From positions 2,208,001 through 2,272,000 of the forward strand of contig OY969811.1 of the NCBI GenBank assembly GCA_963703315.1: a stretch of 64,000 bases of DNA, read 5' to 3'. The notes under the pieces are model-generated. The model searched no databases. It was not told the DNA's origin and saw only the letters and a list, made by a program, of their open reading frames with translations. A program made the position numbers and the translations under genes. Each line of letters begins with the position of its first letter. Position 1 is the stretch's first letter. The stretch is from an uncultured cyanobacterium. GTDB taxonomy: Bacteria > Cyanobacteriota > Cyanobacteriia > Pseudanabaenales > Pseudanabaenaceae. Positions 16,439-26,650 of this stretch are shown piece by piece.

Positions 16439-19387
16439 ATGAGAATTTCCCGTAAGCGATCGTCGCCATTTTTCAATGTTCCCTTAAGCTGGGTATTAGT
16501 AGTTCCATTAATAGTGCAGATTGTTGGTGTGATTGGGCTAGTAGGATATTTCTCCTATCGTAGTGGACAAACAGCATTAGAAAATATGGCAAATCGGGTG
16601 AGGGATCAAGCAAATAGCCGTATTCGTGACCATCTCAATACTTCTTTAGCAATTCAACGTCAAGCTGTTGCCCTTAGCCAAATTGCCATCCAAAACGGTA
16701 ATCTTAATATCAATGACTTTGAGGAATTACAAAAATACTTTTGGAAACAAATCAATTTATCGCCATCTTTAGGTTCAATTTACTTCGCCAATGAAAAGGC
16801 AGAAATGATTGGTTATGGAAGATTACTAAGTCAAGAGGCGATCGATCAAACTAGACAGCTAACTGGTGAAAATTTAATGATGGGAGAAGTGGTTCTACTC
16901 AAGACCACACCTCAAGCCCGAAACAATCGCAAATACTATTTAGTCAATGCTCAAGGTAAAGCCAAAAAACTATATGGAAATTTGCCAATCGATAATCGTA
17001 CTACCAGATGGTATCTCGCTGGCAAAGCAGCTACGAAGCAAACTTGGTCGCCTATCTATGTATTTCAAGATGCACCAACTTTAGGACTGAATACGATCGC
17101 ACCTGTAAAAGATGCCACAGGAAAATTTCAAGGAGTATTGAGTAGTAGCATTCGTTTATCGGCAGTTAGTACTTTTTTAAATCAACTAAATTTTTCACCT
17201 TCAGGACAAACCTTTATCATTGAACGCTCTGGCGATCTTGTTGCCTCATCAACACTAGAAATTCCCTATGTGCAGAATTTAAAGGAAAAGCCAGCACGTC
17301 TATCTGCAAGCAGAAGTCAAGATTTTAGAACAAGGTTAGTCACTTCTCAATTACAACAAAAATATAGTGATCTTCGGCAAATCACAACTAGGCAGCGCTT
17401 AGAAATAGATTCCGAGAATAATAAGTTATTTGCACAAGTGGAGCCTTATCAAGATGGTTTTGGTCTTGATTGGTTATTGATAACAGTGATTCCTGAGTCT
17501 GACTTTATCTCAGAGATTCAGACAAATGCAAAACAGACAATTATGTTAGGTGGATTCATTCTATTGGTAATCACTGGAATTGGGATCTTCACTGCCCGTT
17601 GGATTTCCCGTCCAATTTTACAATTAAGTCAAGCTAGTGAATTGATTGCCCAAGGAAATTGGCAAGAGCCTTTACCAGAAAAAATGGCGATCGCTGAACT
17701 TCAGACTTTATCAAAATCATTTAATGTGATGGCGAGTCAGCTTTATCAATCTTTTGATCGAGTGGAAACAGAGCTACAGGAAAATAAACACTTTCTCCAA
17801 CAAGTTGCCGATCACTCTGCCCAAATTCTGTACATTTTAGATCCAGTGCATTGGGTGAATCTATATGTTAATCGTCAGTCTTTGAATATTTTAGGCTATG
17901 AACCTTCAGAATTTATGCAAGGCGGTTCTCAGTTCTTTAACGAAATCTTACATCCTGATGATATGCCGCTTTTATTACGGAATATGGATTATTGGAAGAT
18001 TGCCCAAGATGGAGAAGTCTTGACCTCTGAATATCGGATGCGACATAAAAATGGTAATTGGATCTGGCTGCGATCGCAAGAAGTGGTGTTTGCTAGAGAT
18101 GAGAATGATCATGTAATCAAAATTTTGGGGACTGCTCAAGATATTAGCGATCGCAAACAGATAGAACTAGCATTGGAGGAAGCTAAAGAAGCCGCAGAAG
18201 CCGCTACTCAAGCTAAAAGTGATTTTCTGGCTAACATGAGTCATGAACTGCGTACTCCCATGAATGGGGTGATTGGGATGACCCAAATTTTGGCAACTAC
18301 GCCTCTAACAGAACAGCAACAGAAATTTGTGAAAACCATTCGAGACAGTGGTGATGCGCTCTTGAGTGTGATTAACGATATTCTTGATTTTTCTAAAATT
18401 GAATCAGGAATGTTGGAGATAGAAGAAAGAGCTTTTGTTTTGGAAGATCTGGTGAGTACAGTTTGTAAGTTATTAGAAAGTCAAGCGATCACCAAACAAA
18501 TTCACATCCAATATGTGATCGCTCCTGATATTCCCACTACAGTAATTGCTGATCAAGCTCGTTTACGCCAAATCTTGCTCAATCTAGTGGGTAATGCGGT
18601 TAAATTTACGCAACATGGTCAGGTGGCGATCGCAGTCAATGGCGATCAGGTCGGAGAGCAGTATCACCTAAAGTTTGCGATCGCCGATACAGGGATTGGC
18701 ATTGAAGGCGATCGCATTGATAAATTATTCCAACCATTCACCCAAGCTGACGCTTCCATTAGTCGCAAGTATGGTGGTACGGGTTTAGGACTAGCCATTA
18801 GTAAACGTCTGGTTGAACTGATGGGCGGAACAATTTGGGTCGAGAGCTTCGGTCAAGTTGGTGGTAATCCGACCTTAAATTGGCGACCAGAAATAGTAAC
18901 TCAAGGTTCAATATTTTATTTCACGATCTCCGTATCAACTATTTCCACAATATCAACTATTTCCACAATCCAAACCAATCAAGATTCATCAGACAAGGTG
19001 GCAATTGATCGCCAAATGGCACAAAAGTTTCCTTTAAAAATTTTGCTAGTCGAAGACAACAAGGTTAATCAGATGGTCGCCTATTTAATGCTTGGACAGC
19101 TTGGATATCAAGTTGATACTGCTAGTAATGGTTTAGAAGCGATACAAGCAGTTCAAGAGCAAGCCTATGATTTAATTTTAATGGATTTACAAATGCCTGA
19201 AATGGATGGATTGACTGCCACAAAGGCGATTCGCACCCAGTTAATGAGTCAAGCTCGCATCGTGGCAATGACTGCCGATGCTCTCCCCGAAGATCGCCAA
19301 GCTTGTTTGGAAGTAGGCATGGATGACTTTATTGCGAAACCAATTGATATCCAAGCATTAATCAAGTTAGTAAGTACCTCACTATAG
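16439..19387 (+). CDS. Hybrid sensor histidine kinase (dCache-HAMP-PAS-HisKA-HATPase-REC)
   Basis: FLANMSHELRTPMNGVIG, RLRQILLNLVGNAVKFT, DTGIG, YGGTGLGLAIS, REC LILMDLQMPEMDG. Confidence 0.95.
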   Translation: MRISRKRSSPFFNVPLSWVLVVPLIVQIVGVIGLVGYFSYRSGQTALENMANRVRDQANSRIRDHLNTSLAIQRQAVALSQIAIQNGNLNINDFEELQKYFWKQINLSPSLGSIYFANEKAEMIGYGRLLSQEAIDQTRQLTGENLMMGEVVLLKTTPQARNNRKYYLVNAQGKAKKLYGNLPIDNRTTRWYLAGKAATKQTWSPIYVFQDAPTLGLNTIAPVKDATGKFQGVLSSSIRLSAVSTFLNQLNFSPSGQTFIIERSGDLVASSTLEIPYVQNLKEKPARLSASRSQDFRTRLVTSQLQQKYSDLRQITTRQRLEIDSENNKLFAQVEPYQDGFGLDWLLITVIPESDFISEIQTNAKQTIMLGGFILLVITGIGIFTARWISRPILQLSQASELIAQGNWQEPLPEKMAIAELQTLSKSFNVMASQLYQSFDRVETELQENKHFLQQVADHSAQILYILDPVHWVNLYVNRQSLNILGYEPSEFMQGGSQFFNEILHPDDMPLLLRNMDYWKIAQDGEVLTSEYRMRHKNGNWIWLRSQEVVFARDENDHVIKILGTAQDISDRKQIELALEEAKEAAEAATQAKSDFLANMSHELRTPMNGVIGMTQILATTPLTEQQQKFVKTIRDSGDALLSVINDILDFSKIESGMLEIEERAFVLEDLVSTVCKLLESQAITKQIHIQYVIAPDIPTTVIADQARLRQILLNLVGNAVKFTQHGQVAIAVNGDQVGEQYHLKFAIADTGIGIEGDRIDKLFQPFTQADASISRKYGGTGLGLAISKRLVELMGGTIWVESFGQVGGNPTLNWRPEIVTQGSIFYFTISVSTISTISTISTIQTNQDSSDKVAIDRQMAQKFPLKILLVEDNKVNQMVAYLMLGQLGYQVDTASNGLEAIQAVQEQAYDLILMDLQMPEMDGLTATKAIRTQLMSQARIVAMTADALPEDRQACLEVGMDDFIAKPIDIQALIKLVSTSL
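18933..18968 (+). repeat. In-frame 18-bp tandem duplication (STISTI linker)
   Basis: TATCAACTATTTCCACAA occurs twice, between the HATPase and REC domains. Confidence 0.9.
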
Positions 19388-19650
19388 CAATCAGAGGTTT
19401 GTTGCCCCACCTTCGGTGGGCAGCAAACCTCTGATTACTTGAAAATCACTAAGTAGCTGGGCATAATTAAAAAAACAAATCCAAAAACTGTGGCGCACGC
19501 TGCGCGTGCGCCACAGTTTTTTGGGTTTTATATTTAATTGCAGACAGCTACTTAAATATAAGTAGCTGTCTGCAATTAAATATAAAATGTGGGATGGGCA
19601 TCTTGCCCGTCAACAGACTAGAAGCCTGTTCCACTTAACAATTAAGCAAC
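19388..19650. repeat. Cluster of palindromic/MITE-like elements
   Basis: Hairpin at 19388-19437; AAGTAGCT-terminus element at 19449-19555 with core AAAAACTGTGGCGCACGC-TGC-GCGTGCGCCACAGTTTTT; a second head-to-head copy from 19560 carries GTGGGATGGGCATCTTGCCCGTC. Confidence 0.7.
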
Positions 19651-19665
19651 TTTGCAATTTGCCCC

Positions 19666-20298
19666 ATGACAATGACCACTCCTAACGATGTCTATACCCT
19701 TGCTCAATGGCTAGCTGGTGACCATAGCAATTGGGAACAGGCGATCGAAAATCCACCATTTTTTGCCCATATCCGTGTCGGGATTCGCGCTTTGCCTAAT
19801 CCCATCAGCGAAGATGGCGTATGGCTATTTCTCGAACAAGCCTATGACTATGAGCTAAATCATCCCTACCGCACGGCTGTATTGCATCTCATCTATGCCA
19901 ACGATCGCATTGAAATGGTTAACTATAGCCTCAAAAATGCGGCAACCTTCTTTGGTGCTAGCCGAGATCTGGCACTCCTTGCTGGACTGAATGCTGCGGC
20001 GATCGACAAGCTTGAAGGCTGCACGCAATGGGTACAACGTGCTGATGAAAAAACTTTTAAGGGGAATGTCGAGCCTGGCAAAAAATGCTGCATCAATCGC
20101 AAAGGTGTAGATACCTATCTCACCATTGAGTTTGAAGTCACTGAAAATAGTTACAGCAGCCTTGATCGGGGCTATGACGTAGTAACCGATGAACGGGTAT
20201 GGGGTTCAGTGGCTGGGGCATTTGAATTCACTAAAAAAGCCAGCTTTAGCGATGAAATTTCTATAGGATCTACTCCTATAGGTATAATAAACTCCTGA
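19666..20298 (+). CDS. CpcT/CpeT-family phycobilin chromophore lyase
   Basis: LAQWLAGDHSNWEQAIENPPFFAHI, EQAYDY...PYR, LEGC, G.VEPGKKC, SLDRGYD...RVWGS..G.FEF. Confidence 0.9.
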   Translation: MTMTTPNDVYTLAQWLAGDHSNWEQAIENPPFFAHIRVGIRALPNPISEDGVWLFLEQAYDYELNHPYRTAVLHLIYANDRIEMVNYSLKNAATFFGASRDLALLAGLNAAAIDKLEGCTQWVQRADEKTFKGNVEPGKKCCINRKGVDTYLTIEFEVTENSYSSLDRGYDVVTDERVWGSVAGAFEFTKKASFSDEISIGSTPIGIINS

Positions 20299-20417
20299 GA
20301 AATTAGATTTTTTGAATTTTTAACGCTGTTTCAACAGTGCCGAACTTTTAAAAAATCTAATCGCCCAGAGCTTTCTAAGTAAGAAAGCAAAACTAGTGTG
20401 AGCATTAAAGGTGTAAT

Positions 20418-21692
20418 TTGAAAGTCCTCGTAGTTGGCAGTGGCGGTAGAGAACACGCCCTCGCTTGGAAACTCCTACAATCTCCTAATATTGATCGAGT
20501 CTTTTGCATACCCGGCAATGGCGGTACGGCAACTATGTCCAATTGCCAAAATGTTTCCTTAAGCATCGATGATTTTGAAGGGATTTTACGGTTTGCCCAA
20601 GTCCAAGGTGTTGGGTTTACCATAGTTGGTCCCGAACTGCCGTTAGCACTTGGCATTGTTGATTATTTTCAAGCCGAAGAGTTACCGATTTTTGGTCCTA
20701 CCCAAGAGGGCGCAAAGATCGAAGCAAGCAAGTCTTGGGCAAAGACGCTGATGGAAGAGGCAAAGATCCCCACGGCTGCTAGTGCCACATTTCAAGATCT
20801 AGAAGCTGCCCAAGCATATATACAGTCACAGGGCGCACCAATCGTAATTAAGGCAGATGGTCTAGCTAGTGGTAAGGGTGTAACTGTCGCCATGACCCTC
20901 GAAGAAGCGATGGACGCACTCGATCGCATTTTTGCGGGACAATTTGGCTCCGCAGGGGAAACTGTGGTAATCGAGGAGTTCATGATCGGACAAGAGGTTT
21001 CTGTCCTCGCGATTACTGATGGCAAAACGATTCGTCCTTTAGTGCCTGCTCAAGATCATAAGCGGCTTGGTGATGGGGATACAGGTCCCAATACAGGCGG
21101 TATGGGAGCCTATGCCCCTGCGCCGATCGCTACACCTGAGTTGATGGCAAAAGTACAAACACAGATACTCGAACCTGCGATCGCGGCTTTGAATGCTAGA
21201 GGTATTGATTATCGCGGCTGTCTCTATGCAGGGTTAATGGTGACACCTGAAGGCGAACCCAAAGTTGTCGAGTTTAACTGTCGGCTTGGCGATCCTGAAA
21301 CTCAAGCTGTATTGCCATTACTAGATACAAATCTGGATGATTTACTGTTGGCTTGTGTGGAAGGTAGACTGGCTGAATTTCCACCACTGCAATGGAAAAA
21401 CCAGTCTTCAGTCTGTGTTGTCATGGCGGCAGGTGGATATCCTGACAAAGTAGAGACAGGGCAGTTTGTCACAGGTATCGGCAAAGCTGAAGATTCAGGG
21501 GCTTTTGTCTTTCAGTCTGGAACTAAACTCAAAAATAATGCCCTTGTGACCAATGGCGGTAGGGTGATTGGGGTTACGGCTCTGGGTGAGGACATTCGTA
21601 CAGCGATCGCTAATGTCTATAGCGCTGTCGATTTTATTGCCTACGACGGGATGTATTACCGCAAGGACATTGCTAGCAAAGCCATCACCTAA
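20418..21692 (+). CDS. purD: Phosphoribosylamine--glycine ligase
   Basis: KVLVVGSGGREHALAW, PGNGG, KADGLASGKGV, QDHKR..DGDTGPNTGGMGAY, EFNCRLGDPETQ. Confidence 0.97.
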   Translation: MKVLVVGSGGREHALAWKLLQSPNIDRVFCIPGNGGTATMSNCQNVSLSIDDFEGILRFAQVQGVGFTIVGPELPLALGIVDYFQAEELPIFGPTQEGAKIEASKSWAKTLMEEAKIPTAASATFQDLEAAQAYIQSQGAPIVIKADGLASGKGVTVAMTLEEAMDALDRIFAGQFGSAGETVVIEEFMIGQEVSVLAITDGKTIRPLVPAQDHKRLGDGDTGPNTGGMGAYAPAPIATPELMAKVQTQILEPAIAALNARGIDYRGCLYAGLMVTPEGEPKVVEFNCRLGDPETQAVLPLLDTNLDDLLLACVEGRLAEFPPLQWKNQSSVCVVMAAGGYPDKVETGQFVTGIGKAEDSGAFVFQSGTKLKNNALVTNGGRVIGVTALGEDIRTAIANVYSAVDFIAYDGMYYRKDIASKAIT

Positions 21693-21723
21693 AAAAAGAC
21701 CGCGCTAGGCGCGGTCTTTTTTT
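21691..21723. terminator. Bidirectional intrinsic terminator-like hairpin
   Basis: AAAAAAAGACCGCGC-TAG-GCGCGGTCTTTTTTT lies between convergent stops. Confidence 0.75.
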
Positions 21724-22229
21724 TAATCAGCCATGCTGAGATTTACCGTAATTGTCAACCTTAACGATGAATCAGTATTAGAATCATGAACTTGCTGTAA
21801 ATACCGCTCGCCAATTGGCTCAGTCAAAACCCGTGATAGCAACTGTAAAAGTTTCGATGCGCCATTACTAATTTCTTGACTAAATGACTCTGAAAAGGAT
21901 TCAGAGGCGATCGCTAAATTTGTGGGAGCAGCTTGATAATTTAGGTTCGTAGAGCTAGTGTTACTAACTTGAAGCGATCGATTGCTATAGCGCCGTAAAA
22001 CTACCTGCAAGTTATTTTTAGTCACGCGATCGCCAAAAGCTTCTGACAGTAATTGCCACAATTTATAACCAACATCACGAATATAAGCCGCATCATAGCC
22101 AGCCTTTTCCGCAATCTCAGAATAGGTTTTACCCTCCCAAGTCTGACGAAAGATTGCCTCTTGAATTGTACTAAGGCTCTTATTTCCCAAAACAGAATCT
22201 ACGATATTGAGTGCGTCATCAATATTCAT
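21723..22229 (-). CDS. Stand-alone winged-HTH protein of the type found N-terminal to cyanobacterial NB-ARC/AAA-WD40 proteins
   Basis: LSTIQEAIFRQTWEGKTYSEIAEKAGYDAAYIRDVGYKLWQLLSEAFGDRVTKNN; a GAGGA RBS precedes the ATG at 22229. Confidence 0.65.
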   Translation of the reverse strand: MNIDDALNIVDSVLGNKSLSTIQEAIFRQTWEGKTYSEIAEKAGYDAAYIRDVGYKLWQLLSEAFGDRVTKNNLQVVLRRYSNRSLQVSNTSSTNLNYQAAPTNLAIASESFSESFSQEISNGASKLLQLLSRVLTEPIGERYLQQVHDSNTDSSLRLTITVNLSMAD

Positions 22230-22309
22230 CGTTTTCCTCACAATCCACTAATGATTACTGGTTACTGATATCTATACATCTGTCCTTTTTTGATAAGAGC
22301 GAGTTGGAA

Positions 22310-22404
22310 TATAGTGTTTCACGTTCTAGTGAAGTACGGTATTGTTTCCCCGCCGAAGGTGGGGAAACAATACTCTGTAACTCGCTTACTTGAAAAGCAC
22401 TATA
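22310..22404. mobile_element. MITE-like element (GCCGAAGG-loop family)
   Basis: Core GTATTGTTTCCCCGCC-GAA-GGTGGGGAAACAATAC. The flanks CTAGTGAAGTA and CTTGAAAAGC recur in inverted orientation at 29899-29975. Confidence 0.65.
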
Positions 22405-23010
22405 AACTTAATTTTATTTAATTCTAATCTTGATTTTAGGTGGGAACTTTCTAACTAAATCTCCATCTAGTTAGGCAAACAAACTTATAGTTTGTCCTCA
22501 ACACATTTACACAATCTTGATCACATTATTTCCCAATCAAATAATTAGAATTATTTCTCAATCCACAATTACTCAACACCCTTCCGTTAAACTCGCTAGA
22601 TATTTTCAAAAGGCAGACTAGATAACAATTTGTTTTCTATGTTTTACAAGTTAACATAGTTTATTTAAACTGGTTATGCATAACAAGTGTATAGATGTAA
22701 CCCGCAAAAACATTTAATAGCAAGCTTCTCAGGGATTGTCATACTTTTTCATCTTAGTTCAAACTTGTTTTTAACGATAAATATGCCGATATTTCATGAC
22801 ATCAATCAAGGCATTAACAAGCAAGTTCTGGGAACAGAAAAAGTCTGATCTTTTTTTCTAGCATTTTCTGACAAAAACAAAATTGAGTGGCGGCGCTTCA
22901 AGGTATTTCCCTGATACAGCACTTTGCGCTGAATGAAAATCTCTCTGTATTACTTGAAACATCAATAGGTTGTAATCTGGATTTAGTGCAATATCTTTTC
23001 GCAAGTAGTT

Positions 23011-24405
23011 ATGGCAAGCAACAAAAAAGAAGTGTTGGTGTTGGGTTTAACTTTAGCCATCTGTGGTGGATTGGCTACTGGGGGCTTTTTTCTCTTTGGG
23101 AGAGGAAAAGCTACCGATAACAACCCTCTGTCCGTCAGCAATACTAATTTTGACTTGGCAGCACGCAAAAGCGAAGGCGAAAAGTTGTTAATTACGGCGG
23201 AATCCAATCCTGAGAAAGATGCCGCGATCGCCGCTTTTAACAAAAAAGATTACCCCACCACCATTGCAAAACTCGAAGCGTCCCTCAGCAAACAGCGTAG
23301 TGATCCTGAAGCGCTGATTTATTTGAATAATGCCAAAATCGGCGATCGCCCGTCCTTAGAAATTGCTGTGAGTGTGCCAATTGGCGGCAATCTGAATGTG
23401 GCTAAGGAAATATTGCGCGGTGTCGCTCAAGCCCAAAATGAAGTCAATAGTCAGGGCGGCATTAACAGTGTGCCACTGAAAATTGAGATCGTTAATGATG
23501 ACAATAAAATTGAAATTGGCACAAAGGTAGCTCAAGCCCTAGTACAGGATCAAAGTGTCCTTGCGGTGATTGGGCATAACTCCAGCGAAGTATCCATTGC
23601 CGCCATCCCCACCTATCAAGCGGGAGGATTAGTGATGATTTCCTCGACCAGCACTGCCAAAGAACTGTCAGGAGCAGGTAGCTATATTTTTCGGACAGTG
23701 CCAAGTGTGAGATTTCAGGCTGACTCACTATCTCAATATGCAGTCAAGAAGTTAAATAAGAAAAATATTGGTATTTGTTTTAATTCAGAAGCCAAGGCTA
23801 GTCAATCCCTCAAAGAGGAGTTTACTGCCGCCATATTTGCCGATGGCGCAAAAATTAGTCGGATCAGTTGTGATTTAGCTAATCCTAATTTCAATGCGGA
23901 TAAGGTCATTGAGGATATGTTGAGCGATCGCGTTGATGCCCTGTTGTTATCCCCTGGTGTCGAAAAAATCGAAAAGGGCATCGAAATCGCCATTATTGCC
24001 AGAAATCGTCTGTTATTGCTGGGTGACTCAACTCTGTATACTTTCAAAACTTTACAACTAGGGCAAGGCGCGATCGACGAAATGGTGCTAAGCATACCTT
24101 GGCATCCAGACTTTTTGCCCAATAATCCATTTGCTGGTAACGCGGTCAAGCTATGGGGAGGCGATGTCAACTGGCGCACGGCAACTAGCTACGATGCGAC
24201 TCTCGCGATCATCGGTGGCTTACGCAAAAGTAATACCCGCGAAGGAATCCAACAAACCCTATCCAGCAATAGCTTCGAGCTTGATGGAGCAGCAGGAAAA
24301 ATTACCTTTCAACCATCAGGCGATCGCGCTAATGCTTCGATTTTGGTGAAAGTTAGTAAAGGTGGGCGATCGGGTGTTGGCTACGACTTCGTACCAATTC
24401 GCTAA
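23011..24405 (+). CDS. Branched-chain amino-acid-type (LivJ-like) periplasmic binding protein with N-terminal membrane anchor
   Basis: DPEALIYLNNA, IAVSVPIG, EILRGVAQAQ, VIGHNSS, YIFRTVPS, WRTATSYDAT; no permease gene adjacent. Confidence 0.85.
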   Translation: MASNKKEVLVLGLTLAICGGLATGGFFLFGRGKATDNNPLSVSNTNFDLAARKSEGEKLLITAESNPEKDAAIAAFNKKDYPTTIAKLEASLSKQRSDPEALIYLNNAKIGDRPSLEIAVSVPIGGNLNVAKEILRGVAQAQNEVNSQGGINSVPLKIEIVNDDNKIEIGTKVAQALVQDQSVLAVIGHNSSEVSIAAIPTYQAGGLVMISSTSTAKELSGAGSYIFRTVPSVRFQADSLSQYAVKKLNKKNIGICFNSEAKASQSLKEEFTAAIFADGAKISRISCDLANPNFNADKVIEDMLSDRVDALLLSPGVEKIEKGIEIAIIARNRLLLLGDSTLYTFKTLQLGQGAIDEMVLSIPWHPDFLPNNPFAGNAVKLWGGDVNWRTATSYDATLAIIGGLRKSNTREGIQQTLSSNSFELDGAAGKITFQPSGDRANASILVKVSKGGRSGVGYDFVPIR

Positions 24406-24406
24406 G

Positions 24407-24459
24407 GGATTCTGCTTTTTTGTAGCGCGGCTTTGCCGCGCTACAAAAAAGCAGAATCC
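24407..24459. terminator. Long perfect hairpin between convergent genes
   Basis: GGATTCTGCTTTTTTGTAGCGCGGC-TTT-GCCGCGCTACAAAAAAGCAGAATCC. Confidence 0.7.
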
Positions 24460-25136
24460 TAACTGTTGTCATTTTGGCTTTCAGTTAGCCATTTGCGAAC
24501 AGCACGCACAATCCTCGTACTATTTTCCGTTGATGACATCTGGAGAAAACTTCCAAGTACATCCCCAGAAATCATCGTGAAAATCGCACTAAATTCACAT
24601 TCAACGTAAGCACCATCTTGAAGTTGAAAAATTTTTACACTGTTATTTTTATAGCGCCATACTTCTGAGATGCCCAACTGCTGATATACCTTAAAGCTTC
24701 GAGTACTGGAATTAGTAATGTCAACTTCAATGATTAAATCTGGTGGTGGATCTACAGCAATATCTATTCTGTTACCTTGAATGCGATCGGCGTTTTGAAT
24801 GTAAAAGCTAGAGTCTGGCTCGGCTCCTTTCTTGGTGTCATTGCAATTTAGAGTAATCGAGCCAAATTCTTTTAATGGTAAATCTAGCTCCTCAGCTAAA
24901 ACCCCAACGATTCGAGCTAATAAACGATTAATTGCCTCATGAAGATCTGACGGCATCCGAATTTCTAAAACTCCTTGGTCATAAACTAACCGCACCGAAC
25001 TGCGATCGCCTATATCAGCCAGCATCGCTTGATAAGTTTGCCAACTAATATTTGACAGCACAACGTTGCCAGTAACTTTGTCAGTAATGTCTGGTGCAAT
25101 TTGTTCGTTTGGGTAAGCTTCAAGAGCGATCGGCAT
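24459..25136 (-). CDS. Uma2 family PD-(D/E)XK endonuclease-like protein
   Basis: ISWQTYQAML, RLVYDQGVLEIRMP..LHE, GAEPDSSFYI, PPDLIIEVDIT, YQQLGISEVWRY. Confidence 0.9.
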   Translation of the reverse strand: MPIALEAYPNEQIAPDITDKVTGNVVLSNISWQTYQAMLADIGDRSSVRLVYDQGVLEIRMPSDLHEAINRLLARIVGVLAEELDLPLKEFGSITLNCNDTKKGAEPDSSFYIQNADRIQGNRIDIAVDPPPDLIIEVDITNSSTRSFKVYQQLGISEVWRYKNNSVKIFQLQDGAYVECEFSAIFTMISGDVLGSFLQMSSTENSTRIVRAVRKWLTESQNDNS

Positions 25137-25221
25137 AAAAACAATTTGTCTGACACTCTAGATAGTTTACTGCAAATACAAAATAGAGGCGGCGCATTGC
25201 GCCACCTCTATTTTGCTGTGA

Positions 25222-26478
25222 TTATGCTTGGTATTTTTTGAAAACTAAAGTTACGTTATGACCACCAAAACCAAAGGAATTAGAAGTCGCCACGTTAATC
25301 GTCATCGGACGCGATTTATTAGGAACATAATCGAGATCGCACTCAGGATCAGGATTTTCCAAATTCATCGTCGGTGGGGCAATGTCATTATGCACTGCCA
25401 AAACTGTTGCTACTGCCTCAATACCACCTGAGCCACCGAGTAAATGACCTGTCATCGACTTAGTAGAGCTAACCGCAACCTTATAAGCATGATCGCCTAA
25501 AACTTTCTTGATTGCCTTTGTCTCGGTCTTATCATTGGCGGCGGTGCTTGTACCATGAGCATTGATATAGTCCACCATCTCAGGAGTGATGTCGGCATCT
25601 TTCAGGGCTAGCGACATCGCTCTGATTGCCCCTTCACCATCGGGTGAGGGCGAAGTCATGTGGTAAGCATCACAAGTACAGCCATAGCCAACGATCTCGG
25701 CATAGATTTTGGCTCCGCGTGCTAGAGCATGATCGAGATTTTCAATGATTAAGATTCCTGCGCCTTCACCCATCACAAAACCATCACGCTCTTTATCAAA
25801 GGGGCGTGATGCATGGGCAGGGTCATCATTACGTCGCGACATGGCACGGGCTGAGGCAAACCCAGCAAATCCTAGGGGAGTAATCGCGGCTTCAGTACCA
25901 CCACAAATCATTGCCTGAGCAAAACCACTTTGCACCAAACGAAATGCATCACCGATCGCATTAGATCCAGCCGCACAAGCAGTCACGGTGCAGGAGTTTG
26001 GTCCCTGTGCGCCCGTATGAATTGCTGTCAAACCTGCCGCCATATTACCGATCATCATCGGAATCATAAATGGACTGCAACGAGATGGACCTTTAGTACG
26101 AATAATTTCGTGCTGATCTTCAAGTACTTGTAAGCCGCCAATCCCTGTGCCTAGCAACACGCCAATTTGGGCAGCATTGATTGGTGTAATTTCCAGATTA
26201 GCGTTACGCAATGCTTGAATACTGGCACTTACGCCAAATTGAGCGAACCGATCCATGCGTCGCGCTTCTTTAGCGGCAATATAAGTAAGAGGATCAAAAT
26301 CTTTGACTTCGCCACCAACTCGACATTCATGGTCAGTGGTATCAAAGCGAGTAATTTCGGTAATCCCGTTTTTGCCATCGACTAGACCTTGCCAGTATTC
26401 TTCGACCGTGTTACCGATCGGTGTGATTGCACCTAGTCCAGTGACAACGACGCGAGAGAGGGGCTGAGGATTTTGCAT
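25222..26478 (-). CDS. fabF: Beta-ketoacyl-ACP synthase II
   Basis: RVVVTGLGAITPIG, TACAAGSNAIG, YINAHGTST, STKSMTGHLLG, SNSFGFGGHN. Confidence 0.97.
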   Translation of the reverse strand: MQNPQPLSRVVVTGLGAITPIGNTVEEYWQGLVDGKNGITEITRFDTTDHECRVGGEVKDFDPLTYIAAKEARRMDRFAQFGVSASIQALRNANLEITPINAAQIGVLLGTGIGGLQVLEDQHEIIRTKGPSRCSPFMIPMMIGNMAAGLTAIHTGAQGPNSCTVTACAAGSNAIGDAFRLVQSGFAQAMICGGTEAAITPLGFAGFASARAMSRRNDDPAHASRPFDKERDGFVMGEGAGILIIENLDHALARGAKIYAEIVGYGCTCDAYHMTSPSPDGEGAIRAMSLALKDADITPEMVDYINAHGTSTAANDKTETKAIKKVLGDHAYKVAVSSTKSMTGHLLGGSGGIEAVATVLAVHNDIAPPTMNLENPDPECDLDYVPNKSRPMTINVATSNSFGFGGHNVTLVFKKYQA

Positions 26479-26650
26479 TTCGTTTGGAATCAGTAAGGTT
26501 CAATATCATCTCTGTAGTCATCAGAAATGATGTATACAGATTTTGTCTAGCTTTAAAGATGGGACTTTTGCCTTGTTTTTGACAAGACAAAAATTTTATA
26601 AAAGAAAAGCTTTGTCGCTAGGCAACAAAGCTTTGATCTTAAACAATTGC

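Noticed and set aside
20301..20361. Possible riboswitch upstream of purD (ATTAGATTTTT...AAAAATCTAAT)
   Set aside because: It is only an AT-rich imperfect inverted repeat, and I cannot match it to purine or ZMP/ZTP riboswitch consensus features. An Rfam/Infernal scan would settle it.
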